A stretch of 64,000 nucleotides of DNA from contig NIVC01000019.1 in assembly GCA_002269645.1 (NCBI GenBank), forward strand, positions 1,506,275 through 1,570,274, read 5' to 3'. The translations under genes and the position numbers were made by a program. Numbering within the stretch: the first letter of the stretch is position 1; each line of letters opens with the position of its first letter. Shown here one piece after another: positions 1 to 11,600 of the stretch. Under the pieces are notes generated by a model. It searched no databases. It was not told where the DNA came from and saw only the letters and a list, made by a program, of their open reading frames with translations. The stretch is from Macrostomum lignano. Its lineage: Eukaryota.

Positions 1-1
1 C

Positions 2-610
2 ATCGAGCGGACCCTGCGGCTGCTGCAGGGCTGGGCTTGGACCAGCAGGATCGGCGGTGAACGCCTTGGGGACGCCGTCATCAAAACCGGCGCCTTGGTC
101 TGGCTCCTTAGCGCCAGTCCGCTGCTTCTTTTGTACCCGAATACGGCGGACCAGGTGACAGCCGGACAATGCCTGCTGGTCCTCACCACCGTGACGACCT
201 GCAACTGCCTCCTTTGTGGGCTGATTCACCGAACCAGGCGGCTGCTAGTGGTTTCTAAGCAGCTCCAGCACGACGGCCAGGAGCTTCTTCGCTTCCGGTT
301 GTGGCGGCGGCTGAGCCTGCCGACTGACAGACAGCGGAGCTGCGCTCAGTTGACTCTGCTGCTGCTGGTGCTGCAGTACTCAGCAAGCCGGCTGCCCCTG
401 CTGCTGCTGGGAATTCGCCAACTGCCGGCTCTTGATGGCACTTGGTGGCTGGATGTCGAGCTGATGTCGCGCACCAGCTGCGTATTCGACCCGCTGGCCT
501 ACACGCTGCCCCTGCCGCGGTGGTGGCAGCCGGCGCTGCGGATGCGAAGGTACAGTCGGATTCGCTGCCGTTGCGGCGGCGACCGTCTGCAGACACCGCA
601 CACTGCTTGA
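2..610 (+). CDS. Divergent class A (rhodopsin-like) GPCR, C-terminal part (TM3 end to C-tail); 5' end lies outside the window
   Basis: Frame is open from base 2. It reads IERTLRLL (DRY-equivalent), TM4 AVIKTGALVWLLSASP, hydrophobic TM5, TM6 LLLLVLQYSASRLP, and TM7 SRTSCVFDPLAY (D/NPxxY motif). Stop at 610. Confidence 0.7.
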   Translation: MERTLRLLQGWAWTSRIGGERLGDAVIKTGALVWLLSASPLLLLYPNTADQVTAGQCLLVLTTVTTCNCLLCGLIHRTRRLLVVSKQLQHDGQELLRFRLWRRLSLPTDRQRSCAQLTLLLLVLQYSASRLPLLLLGIRQLPALDGTWWLDVELMSRTSCVFDPLAYTLPLPRWWQPALRMRRYSRIRCRCGGDRLQTPHTA

Positions 611-894
611 TTGAGAGGCTGGAGCAGAGACTCAAACGAAATTGATCATTAGTCTTGTCTTATCAAAATATACTTGTTAGGAAAGTGTGTACTTTTAATC
701 ATGATTAGCAGTATATGTAGTCGTTTAGTCGCAACTTCAGTTTGGTGTTACATGTACAATAATTAGCCGTAAGACGAATGAATAAACGAATGAACATGCC
801 AACGGATGGAAGACCAGCGCTGCAACTGCTCACTGATGTACCAGAGGCCAGGTGTGCACACTGATGTACCAGAGGCCAGGTGTGCTCACTGTTG

Positions 895-2816
895 CCCGCT
901 TGGCTTTTTAGTCCGGATTTTGTCCGCCATTCGTCCGCTTTTGTCCGCTTTTGGGGTCCTTTCCGGACCAAATAGGGATTTTATCCGCATTTCATCCGGA
1001 TTTCACGTCCGGACCAAAATGTGGGACAAATTCCGGGCCAAATCCGGACAAGGGGATTTCGCAAGCTACTTTTGATCCGGATCTCATCCGCAATTTGATC
1101 CGAACTTTTGACCGGCTTAGAGCGGACGAAAAGTCGGACTTCAGTCCAGATGAAAGTAGGGCGAAAATATATTTTGTCCGGAAATTTCATCCGCTTTGTC
1201 TCCCGCCTGTTCAACCGCAATTGAGCCAGATTTCGCCGGACAAAGTTCCGGACGTAGATCGGACAAATGTTAAGATTGCTGTCTTACTTAATGTAGTCTT
1301 CAGCTGTACCCACTGTACTGTCTGTACTGACAGACTGCTTATTCGTATAGTATTCGCACACGCTCTCGGTCACCTATGTCTGCCTCTGGCTCATTGCCCG
1401 CCCATCCGGACCACACCCCACCCAGCGCAGATGACGGCTCAGACGGCAGTGCAGGAATTGGAGTCGGGAGGTCATCTCGAAGATAATTTGCTGCTGCGTG
1501 TTTTGCAGCAGTGAGACTGATTTCTGCATTCTTTTCACTGGACCGCCTACGTACACTAGTGTATACGGAGATTGCGGCACCAGACTAGAGTACACCAGAT
1601 CCGGGTATAATTAGAAGTTGTTGAGTGCACCACGTGTACAGTGTATGCAGATACTGCACAACCAGAGTAGGAATTACCAGATCGTGATTAGAACTTCATT
1701 ACAAATTTGTCATGTCTTTAGTCGATTTAGCAGCAAAGCAGCAGAAGCATCATCTACTCTTTTGTAGAATAAGATCAAATGATCAAAAGGGATCGATCGA
1801 TCCAGTCTCGATAGTTTGTGTTCGTTGTCGCTTGTTGGCCTTATTGGTCTAAGTGTGCATTAAAAGTAAAGACGTACGTAAGCATTCATAACATCTTTTA
1901 TAAAGTGTTCCCAGCACGTACTGGACATAATCATTTCTTGTGTGAACAAAAGTAATGCGTCATTGTCTGTCTTGTCAGTCTTCAATTCTTTCACTGCAGC
2001 ACTTGTTAGTTTATGCTAAACGGTTGATGCATCTGCATACGCATGGGCTGTTCGAATAAGTGGGCGCTGGAAGTCACAGCATGCAGTGGTCCAGATTTCG
2101 GTCCGCTTAGTGGTCCGGAATTGTGTGCGTCTCATTCGTCCGGATTTCGGTCCGCTTAGTGGTCCGGAATTGTGTGCGTCTCATTCGTCCGGATTTCGGT
2201 CCGCTTAGTGGTCCGGAATTGTGTGCGTCTCATTCGTCCGGATTTCGGTCCGCTTAGTGGTCCGGAATTGTGTGCGTCTCATTCGTCCGGATTTCGGTCC
2301 GCTTAGTGGTCCGGAATTGTGTGCGTCTCATTCGTCCGGATTTCGGTCCGCTTAGTGGTCCGGAATTGTGTGCGTCTCATTCGTCCGGATTTCGGTCCGC
2401 TTAGTGGTCCGGAATTGTGTGCGTCTCATTCGTCCGGATTTCGGTCCGCTTAGTGGTCCGGAATTGTGTGCGTCTCATTCGTCCGGATTTCGGTCCGCTT
2501 GGTGGTCCGGAATTGTGTGCGTCTCATTCGTCCGGATTTCGGTCCGCTTAGTGGTCCGGAATTGTGTGCGTCTCATTCGTCCGGAATTCGTCCGGATGTT
2601 GGTCCGGTCTCTAGTCCGCAAGAATGCGGATCAACATCCGGAGAAGAAAACGGACGAATTGCAAACAGCAGAGCGGATCAAGGGGTCAAAATCTGCACTT
2701 TTCGTCCGCTTTGTAAACTTTTCATCCGCTTTTCGGATAGGAAAAAATACATTGCGAGGCGGACGAAAATCCGGATATGAAACCGGGCAAAATGTCGGAT
2801 GAAAGAGCCAAGCGGG
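895..2816. mobile_element. Non-autonomous DNA transposon, CMC/EnSpm-like (CCC...GGG ends, 2-bp TSD)
   Basis: Exact 11-bp TIR CCCGCTTGGCT (895) / AGCCAAGCGGG (ends 2816), extending imperfectly. TG is duplicated at 893-894 and 2817-2818. Subterminal regions are dense in TCCGGA/GTCCG motifs. No transposase recognised. Confidence 0.8.
2094..2586. repeat. 49-bp tandem repeat (~10 copies) inside the CMC-like element
   Basis: Unit GATTTCGGTCCGCTTAGTGGTCCGGAATTGTGTGCGTCTCATTCGTCCG; near-identical copies. Confidence 0.95.
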
Positions 2817-3949
2817 TGTACCAGAGGCCAGGTGTGCTCACTGATGTACCAGAGGCCAGGCGTGCTCACTGATGTACCAGAGGCCAGGCCTGCTCACTGA
2901 TGTACCAGAGGCCAGGCCTGCTCACTGATGTACCAGAGGCCAGGTGTGCTCACTGATGTACCAGAGGCCAGGCCTGCTCACTGATGTACCACAGAGGCCA
3001 GGTGTGCTCACTGATGTACCAGAGGCCAGGCGTGCTCACTGATGTACCAGAGGCCAGGCGTGCTCACTGATGTACCAGAGGCCAGGTGTGCTCACTGATG
3101 TACCAGAGGCCAGGCCTGCTCACTGATGTACCACAGAGGCCAGGTGTGCTCACTGATGTACCAGAGGCCAGGTGTGCTCACTGATGTACCACAGAGGCCA
3201 GGTGTGCTCACTGATGTACCAGAGGCCAGGTGTGCTCACTGATGTACCAGAGGCCAGGTGTGTGCTCACTGATGTACCAGAGGCCAGGTGTGCTCACTGA
3301 TGTACCAGAGGCCAGGTGTGTGCTCACTGATGTACCACAGAGGCCAGGTGTGCTCACTGATGTACCAGAGGCCAGGTGTGCTCACTGATGTACCAGAGGC
3401 CAGGTGTGCTCACTGATGTACCAGAGGCCAGGTGTGCTCACTGATGTACCAGAGGCCAGGCCTGCTCACTGATGTACCACAGAGGCCAGGTGTGCTCACT
3501 GATGTACCAGAGGCCAGGCGTGCTCACTGATGTACCAGAGGCCAGGCGTGCTCACTGATGTACCAGAGGCCAGGTGTGCTCACTGATGTACCAGAGGCCA
3601 GGCCTGCTCACTGATGTACCACAGAGGCCAGGTGTGCTCACTGATGTACCAGAGGCCAGGTGTGCTCACTGATGTACCACAGAGGCCAGGTGTGCTCACT
3701 GATGTACCAGAGGCCAGGTGTGCTCACTGATGTACCAGAGGCCAGGTGTGTGCTCACTGATGTACCAGAGGCCAGGTGTGCTCACTGATGTACCAGAGGC
3801 CAGGTGTGTGCTCACTGATGTACCACAGAGGCCAGGTGTGCTCACTGATGTACCAGAGGCCAGGTGTGCTCACTGATGTACCAGAGGCCAGGTGTGTGCT
3901 CACTGATGTACCAGAGGCCAGGTGTGCTCACTGATGTACCAGAGGCCAG

Positions 3950-5508
3950 TGAAGTGAAACGAAGGCGCCGTTAGCAAGAGGATGGGAGAAATCAGCCGAC
4001 ACGCGCGTGATGCGTGAACAAGCATCCAGCCTTGGCAGCAACTCCCCAGATGCACAAGATCTGCATGCCTAAAAATAGTCCTGATGATCGGCGAGCAAGA
4101 AGCCCAGCCATGCGACCCTCGCGTGATGCATGCACAACCTCTGACCGACACTGCCTATTGGGCCTCGAAATCCCACTCTCTCTCCCTACTGCTCCTATTC
4201 CTCGTTGCTCGCGTACAGTGTGCTAGCTTATAAAATATACTGATTGAAGAGGAAAGATCCTCGCCTGAAGTTTGAGAATGTGACTCTAGAGATCACACAG
4301 AGAAAGTTACCATCGAGGTCCATCGTTCGTTGTTTTCCTGAACTGTTGGCAGAAGGAAACGATTATAATATGGGAAAAAGCCATATAAATTGTCGTTTCA
4401 ATTGGTTCCACTGACCGCGTGAGTCGCCGCTAGACAGAAGTCTCAGATACCATGCAGTTATCGCTCTGCTGCATGTCTTCAACAGCCATTCGAATGAATC
4501 GAGAACTGAGACTTTCCTGCCTTCAGTAAAGGAAAACTTCGAACTAAACAAGACCAATGGACGAAGATCAAGAAGCGACACAGTTTACCCTTCCAAGAAG
4601 AAACTTTCGTTGAGAGATCTACACAATCAATTTGGTCAAGACGGTATTTTTCCGACGTCCTATTTAACTGCAATGTACCTTCAGCCAGCATCCCGATCAG
4701 ACTGTCTACCAGACGCTGTTTCAATTTGTCGAGTCTCCGTGTCCAGTCCTATTTGCGTCACTGTTTAGGGCATCGAAAAGCCCATTCAATTTGTCGAGTT
4801 TCCAAGTTCACGTCAATCCCCCTCTCAGATCTGATTAAATAGTCAAGAGGATATGCTGGTACAATTCATCCACTGTTGTCACAAGTTCACTTTGCCCCTT
4901 GACCAAGTTTCGTGTTTCAACAACATCAACTCAACTGCAAGTTACTAAGTGGGACTGCGTATCGCAAGCAAATGCACAACTGTACGCCATGTCATCATTG
5001 CTCCAAGCTTATTTTCAACAGAGCTCGGAGGGCCTCGCTTCCCTGAAAAAAGAGCGACTGAAGTGAAACGAAGGCGCCGTTAGCAAGAGGATGGGAGAAA
5101 TCAGCCGACACGCGCGTGATGCGTGAACAAGCATCCAGCCTTGGCAGCAACTCCCCAGATGCACAAGATCTGCATGCCTAAAAATAGTCCTGATGATCGG
5201 CGAGCAAGAAGCCCAGCCATGCGACCCTCGCGTGATGCATGCACAACCTCTGACCGACACTGCCTATTGGGCCTCGAAATCCCACTCTCTCTCCCTACTG
5301 CTCCTATTCCTCGTTGCTCGCGTACAGTGTGCTAGCTTATAAAATATACTGATTGAAGAGGAAAGATCCTCGCCTGAAGTTTGAGAATGTGACTCTAGAG
5401 ATCACACAGAGAAAGTTACCATCAGGTCCATTGTTCGTTGTCTTCCTGAACTGTTGGCAGAAGGAAACGATTATAATATGGGAAAAACCCATATAATTTT
5501 TCGTTTCA
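3950..5508 (+). mobile_element. Non-autonomous LTR retroelement (TRIM-like): LTR1 3950-4400, 658-bp internal region, LTR2 5059-5508
   Basis: 451/450-bp direct repeats with TG...CA ends. 4-bp TSD CCAG at 3946-3949 and 5509-5512. PBS follows LTR1, a purine-rich GAAAAAAGAG lies just before LTR2, and each LTR has a TATA-like TTATAAAA. No gag/pol recognised. Confidence 0.9.
4403..4417 (+). promoter_or_regulatory. Primer-binding site, tRNA-Glu-like
   Basis: TGGTTCCACTGACCG starts 2 nt after LTR1. It matches the complement of the eukaryotic tRNA-Glu(CTC) 3' end (TGGTTCCCTGACCGGG) with one extra A. Confidence 0.7.
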
Positions 5509-6679
5509 CCAGGTGTGTGCTCACTGATGTACCAGAGGCCAGGTGTGTGCTCACTGATTTACTTGAGGCCAGGGGTGATCACTGATTCACGCGGAGGAAT
5601 ATAGCGGCTATGGAGGATAATTGTGTGCAAATAACTAACAGCTGCCACATTAACTGCATGTAAGACTTCAGTGCTTAAATTGCCAAAAAGAAATGTCGTG
5701 GCAATAATATGCGCGCAGTTATGGTGCATTTCTATATATGCATATATTTATATTTAATGATGACCGCAAATGAGAATAGAACCTCAGAGAGTCTGTCTCA
5801 TTATGAATGCAGTTTTGCACAGGTACAATTATATAAGCTTATCTTACAAATAAAACATCGATTACTAGAGGACTGGATCTGGGTGTCTCTGAGTCAGCAT
5901 TAAGCGACTGATGTATGATTATATATATATGGAAAATTAAAAAAGATTACTTATAGAAATGCCATAATTATTTATGATTACACAGATGCAAAGGGAACAT
6001 TGAAGGTAACCATATGCATGTATGTACATCGCAGCGGAAATATTTGTTAATGTTATCAAGCAACAGCAACATACTACTTATGCTCTCCATAGAACGAGTA
6101 GTGCCTGATGGATATATGTGCCGATTCAGAGGAACTACGCAGAGAAACTGATGAATTATAAAATCACATCGGATATAACGTAGTGGGTGTTCTTAATTAC
6201 CTTGTGCAAAATTAATACAACAAAATTACCTGCGAATAAGCAATGATGATACTAGTAGTATGCGCTGGTTATTAATCAATAAAACGATTATTTTAAAAAA
6301 CTGTACTCTGAATATTTTTAAATATAAAAATGGCACAACAAACAGAGAAGTTTAAAAACAATCAAAACCTGATCTTACCTACTAATCAATCAATCAATAT
6401 TTTATTACGACGGCAAAAATCATTACAAATTTTGTAGACTCAACGAAATTGCTCAGGATGAACTGAAAGCTTTACATAACAAGTATGCTAAAAATGAAAC
6501 ATTACTCTTTAAAAACAGCATCAATATATTGAACATTCTGAAAATATTTTCAATTAAAAAACAGCTCGAACGCAGATATTACGAGAAAAGCAAATTAGAA
6601 AAAAAACAGGAAACTGGGAAGAGGTGAGTTGATAAAGCTTGGTGCATGCGGTTCAATTGTGCCCAAGGATAAGTACGGG

Positions 6680-6905
6680 GCAGGGTAGAGATGAGAGTCT
6701 GTGTGAGAATAGCTCAAAGGAGAGGAGAATAGAGACGGATAGTAAAGACAAGGAGAGGGAGGTAGAGGGGAGTGGGGGTTGAGGGGAGGTGGTGTAGAGG
6801 GGAGAGAGGGTAGAGGGAGAGGGGTAAGAGGTAGACGGGAGAGGGAGAGAAGGCAAGAGGGGGTGAGCGAGTGAAAGGGTGAGTGAGCAAGGTAGAGGGG
6901 AGGGA
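6680..6905. repeat. GA-rich low-complexity tract downstream of the ULK1 stop (pyrimidine-rich on the coding strand)
   Basis: Near-pure purine runs on the + strand. Confidence 0.7.
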
Positions 6906-7039
6906 TCCGAATACTCGAGTGTCATTACTGACAGACAGGAAGCAAGGCGTGCACAGGTCCTGAGCACACTCCTCAGTCAGAAGAAGCCGCCCAGACCGTC
7001 AGCCCCCCCCCCAGTGCTGCAGAATCCTCACCCCCGAGT

Positions 7040-10000
7040 TCACGGGGAGCCGCCGCCAATCTGCTTGGACTGCACAAGGCCGCGGCTCTCCAGCCGTCGC
7101 AGGCGCTTCTCAACCAGCTGAGTGGCCTCGGTGAGAATTCGTTGATCCCGCTGCGACGAGGCGATCTCGGCCAGGCCATGCAGCAGCACCCTGGCCGCCT
7201 TGTACTGACGGAAGCAGTGCTCCAGCTCGCCGAATGCCTCCTCCAAGGTGGCGGACTCAAACATTTCCACCGCGTACTGATAGATCAGCTTCTCGGCTGA
7301 CAGGTCGCTTGACAGCTGCTTCTGCAGTTGGGCGTCTGGCACCGACGTGGTGTGGCGCTGCAGCTGCTTGCATCTGGATTGGGTCAGACGGTGGCGCATA
7401 TAGCAAGCGCTAATTTGCTTCCGCACTACTGTTTAGAGCTAGTTCTAAGTAGTATGAAAGTTTGGTGAAAATCTGTTCTTAAATAAATAGACTTGTGCAG
7501 AGTTAAACTGTGTCCGAGTGGCTCGGGGACTCGGGAATCGAACCATCGACCTGTCATCCCCACTCTAACCTTTTAGGCTACAACGCCTCCAAACTACTTA
7601 ATAGACATTAGCATAAGTAGTATCTCTCACCGAATGTGGCACTGGTGATAGTGCCGGTTCATAATAGTCAGCAGCTCTTTCACGGCGGCAGTTGGGCGCA
7701 GCACGGAGCGGCTGAGCTGGTCTCTGGCCAGTCTGACAGCGTTGCTAAGGAAATGCTGAATCCTTGAGTACAGCAGCAGCTGCTCAACATGACGCTGCAG
7801 TTCGCTGGGCAGGCCGAGCGCTGAGCTGGCCGCAGTCAGCGGAGCTGACCGGCTCTGCGCCAGCTCGGTGAGGTAATCAACAAAGGTGAGCACAAAGCGC
7901 AGCTTCTCAACCGTTTGCATGTGCTCTGCGCTCATCAGCGTCTCCTCTGACAGCTCCGGCGCCGCCTCGCCGTCCAAATCGTCGTCGTAGTCGTCGGCGT
8001 CGGCGTCGCCAGCAGCGGCGCCCGAGGCGTCCAGGTTGCCAGGCGCGGAGGCGGCGGCAGCAGCGGCCATGTAGAACGGCACCAGCGAGCTGGGCGGCGG
8101 CGAGGCCGCGCCGAATCCGCCGACATCAGCGAGGCCAGCCAGCGACGCCGGCGAGCCGCTGCAGCCGGAATCTCCGCGACGTCGTCGGCGACGTTCCAAG
8201 CTGAACTGGACCTGGGCGAGACCGGGCAGATGGCGGCAGGGCAACTCGGTGAATGTGCGGAATGAACTACTCATGATTGAGTAGTGCGTAGAGAGTAGGG
8301 CTAGCGTTTTTTTTAATTACACCTGTCCCAATCGGGCTAAATGTGCAACCGACAGCTCAGCCGCAGCTCCGAGTATTACGCGGCGCATCTGAAGGCTGCG
8401 TACGGCTGTTCAGTCCAAGGACTGGGGGGTCGCCGCACACGCCCTCAATTACCCCAGCTAATGCTGGCACCCATTTTACAGCTGGGTGGACTGAAGCAAT
8501 GCAGAGTTAAGTGTCTTGCTCAAGGACACAGATTGTCCCAGTGGGATCGGGAATCGAACCCCCGACCTTCAAGTCGTGAGTCCGACGCTCCAACCACTTG
8601 GCTACAACCCCGGGGCTATCATGTTGTGCTTTGTAGCAGATATGAGACGTGATATTCAATGAAATCTAACAAAAACCTATACAAACCGCACTTTTTACCT
8701 AACTAATCTGCTATTAATTTTATCATCTACCTTAGCAATATCTTAAAGATTCCATCATCTTACTGAAATCCAAATGAAAAAATACTCAGGCCAAGAAGCG
8801 TCCCCAAAGTCAGATGATGTCCCTAAAGTCCCCTAAAACGACGAAATGTAACGGTATAAGTCGCCAAAAAGTTGTCAGACTCTTGGGCCGTAGAGTCGTA
8901 ACCTGAGGCGTACTGGAGTCGCTGTAGAATCGCTGAATTGCGTCTCAAGCGCATCTGTGCCACTTTGTAAATTAGAATCGCATTTCGCATTTGAGTCTAC
9001 TTGAGTTAGTAGACAGTTAAGCGCTGACACAAAGACTCTCGGACGCCTTTTTTGCGTTTCTTTTACAACTCACGTGATGCCCTTGTGACTCAACAGTCGC
9101 CTCTCTATCGCATTGCAGTCGTTTGAGTCGTTAAAAAAGCCCCAAAAGTCGCTAGAATCAATCACTAGTGAGTTGCTTGCAATGCTCCTTTCAGCAAACA
9201 AATCCTATTATATATTTTAGTAGAATCCTCTAGCAAACTCATGCACTTACTATAAAAGTAGCATAGCAAAGGCACAAACCTGCGGAGGCGACATCTTAGC
9301 CAAATCGAATCCGCCAGCGACCAGGTCTTTGCTGCTGCCCCTGTCACCAGGCGAGGTCGGCACCGCCCTGCCCACAGTTCCAGCAGCAGCCGCAGAAGCT
9401 GGCGCTGTTCCAGCAGGCGCCGTCGCCGTCGAGCCAGTAGGGGGCGGAGGCGAAGGCGAAGGCGACGGCGACGGCCGAAGCAGATTTCTCGACCGTTCAA
9501 TGCTACCGGAAGAGGCTTGGAACAGGCGGGCGGCGGCAGCGGCACCGGCAACTGGCGGCTCCTCGGCCCCGTCCTGGCCAATCAGCACGAAGTCGTGGCC
9601 AGGCTCGGCTGCGGGAGCCCCGGCCGGTGCCGGCTGCTGCTGCTGCTGCTGCTTCCGCGGCTGCTGGCGCTGACTTGAAGCAGTCGGAGTTGGCGGCAGC
9701 GGTCGCCGATGCTGTTGCTGTTGAAGCAAAGGCGGCGAAGCCTCAGACAGCGGCGACGCCGACAGCAGCTTGAGATTGTCGCCCTGAGACGCTTTCCGCT
9801 GTAGCGGCATGGGTACAGCAGAGGCGGGTGCCAGGGACAGGAACTGATGCTGGTAGAAGTCCTCGAAGCTGATCCGGTCTGCCGGATTGCGGCGCAGGAT
9901 CCGCAGCAGCAGGTCGGTCAGCTCCGGCGAGGTGTTCGGCGGCACCCGCGGTCGCAAGTTGACGTTCCGTTCGTAGAAATCTTTCAACGCCTGCGGCGTG

Positions 10001-11600
10001 TTAGCGTGAAATGGCGCGGTGCCAGTGAGGCACTGGTACACAATGGTGCCGATGGACCACAGGTCCGCTTTGCTGTCGTAGTTCCAGGACATCAGCACCT
10101 CTGGCGCCATGTACATCGGACTGCCGCACAGGGTGCCCGCCATCTTGCCGTCTGCTAGGAACCTGCGGGGATTTGGGTTGCGACGTAGTATGGGAATCTG
10201 AGTGTCAGATACAAGATTCTGATGTGTCAGATCCAAGATTCTGATGTGTCAGATACAAGATTCTGATGTGTCAGATCCAAGATTCTGATGTGTCAGATTC
10301 AAGATTCTGATGTGTCAGATACAAGATTCTGATGTGTCAGATCCAAGATTCTGATGTGTCAGATACAAGATTCTGATGTGTCAGATCCAAGATTCTGATG
10401 TGTCAGATTCAAGATTCTGATGTGTCAGATCCAAGATTCTGATGTGTCAGATTCAAGATTCTGATGTGTCAGATACAAGATTCTGATGTGTCAGATCCAA
10501 GATTCTGATGTGTCAGATACAAGATTCTGATGTGTCAGATCCAAGATTCTGATGTGTCAGATTCAAGATTCTGATGTGTCAGATCCAAGATTCTGATGTG
10601 TCAGATCCAAGATTCTGATGTGTCAGATCCAAGATTCTGTGTTAGATCCAAGATTCTGATGTGTCAGACAAAAGATTCTGATGTGTCAGATCCAAGATTC
10701 TGTGTTAGATCCAAGATTCTGATGTGTCAGATCCTAGATTCTGATGTGTCAGATAAAGATTCTGATGGGTCAGGTACAAGATTCTGATGTGTCAGATTTA
10801 GATGTGTCAGATTCAGATGTGTCAGATACAAGATTTTGATGTGTCAGATACAAGACTCTGGTGTGCCAGAACCAAAGATCTGACAAGCTTGGGTGTCAGA
10901 ACCAAATATCTGACAAGATTGGGTGTCAGAACCAAATATCTGACAAGATTGGGTGTCAGAACCAAAGATCTGACAAGCTTGGGTGTCAGAACCAAAGATC
11001 TGACAAGATTGAGTGTCAGAAGTAAGATGACATTACTAATTAATCCCTCCAAGCCACTGCTAACCTGGCAAAGCCGAAATCGGCTATTTTAATGGAGATC
11101 TGATGCGCCGGTGGGTACTTCTCCCTGGGACTGATAGCGTTCTCCAAGCTGGTCCAGATTGGCTCTGGCCAGTTCAATAAGAAGTTATGCGGCTTCATGT
11201 CGCGGTGCACCACCTGCCTACTGGCCAGAGCTTGCATAGCCCTGGCGATCTGGCGCAGAAAATGCCGGATGGTGTCCTCAGACAATGTCTTCTTGTCCAT
11301 CAGATAGCCAGCCAGGTCGCCGCCATTGCAGTATTCCATGACCAGAAACACCCGATCCCCAGTTTCAATGCAATCCAATAGGCCAACCACATTATCGTGC
11401 TTGAGAGTGCTCAGCTCTTTCAGAATTTTTATCTCCTTGCTCAATAGATTCTGAGATTTGGCCAGATTCTTCTTCTGAATAACTTTGATGGCCACTTTGC
11501 GATGCTGTGACACGCTGTGCCGGCCTTTGTAAACCAGGGCGAAGGCGCCGTGACCAATCAGCTCTCTTGTGGAGTATTCGAACTCGCCAACTGATTCCAT
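7040..11600 (-). CDS. ULK1: ULK1/2 (Atg1/unc-51) Ser/Thr kinase, ~789 aa, 4 coding exons
   Basis: Exons 11600-11065, 10162-9280, 8211-7631 and 7409-7040 have GT-AG introns in consistent phase; the last acceptor is weak. Motifs include [27 protein letters not shown]|[21 protein letters not shown], and the C-terminal domain [11 protein letters not shown] / [12 protein letters not shown]. Confidence 0.95.
7495..7587 (-). mobile_element. Fragment (tRNA-like head) of the CORE-type SINE in ULK1 intron 3
   Basis: GGAATCGAACC (B box reverse complement) and TAGGCTACAAC match the heads of the full copies. Confidence 0.65.
8315..8610 (-). mobile_element. tRNA-derived CORE-type SINE, full length, in ULK1 intron 2
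   Basis: Minus strand shows A box TAGCCAAGTGG and B box GGTTCGATTCC. A CORE-like CCTTGAGCAAGACACTTAACT...CCAGCTGTAAAATGGGT follows. Paralogous to the copies at 23166, 49862 and 54465. Confidence 0.9.
10196..10860. repeat. 22-bp minisatellite (CAAGATTCTGATGTGTCAGATN)n in ULK1 intron 1
   Basis: About 30 copies read directly. Confidence 0.95.
10870..11025. repeat. 30-bp minisatellite (TTGGGTGTCAGAACCAAATATCTGACAAGA)n, ~5 copies
   Basis: Adjacent to the 22-mer array. Contains an internal TGTCAGA/TCTGACA inverted repeat. Confidence 0.9.

Larger units (their letters stand above)
828..5585. repeat. 28-bp minisatellite (GCTCACTGATGTACCAGAGGCCAGGTGT)n split into three blocks (828-894, 2817-3949, 5509-5585) by two TE insertions
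   Basis: Unit is read directly. The register continues across both insertions once the target-site duplications are removed. Variants include +TG, +AC, cctg and cgtg. Confidence 0.95.

Noticed and set aside
3900-5335. Duplicated 70-83-aa ORFs and a ~117-codon Met-less open frame (about 4415-4768) in the LTR element
   Set aside because: The short ORFs lie within the LTRs, and no gag, protease, RT or integrase motif is recognisable in the internal frame.
8520-8610. tRNA genes at SINE heads (also 23380-23452, 50080-50150, 54465-54530)
   Set aside because: A and B boxes are present, but there is no acceptor stem and the sequence continues into the SINE body.
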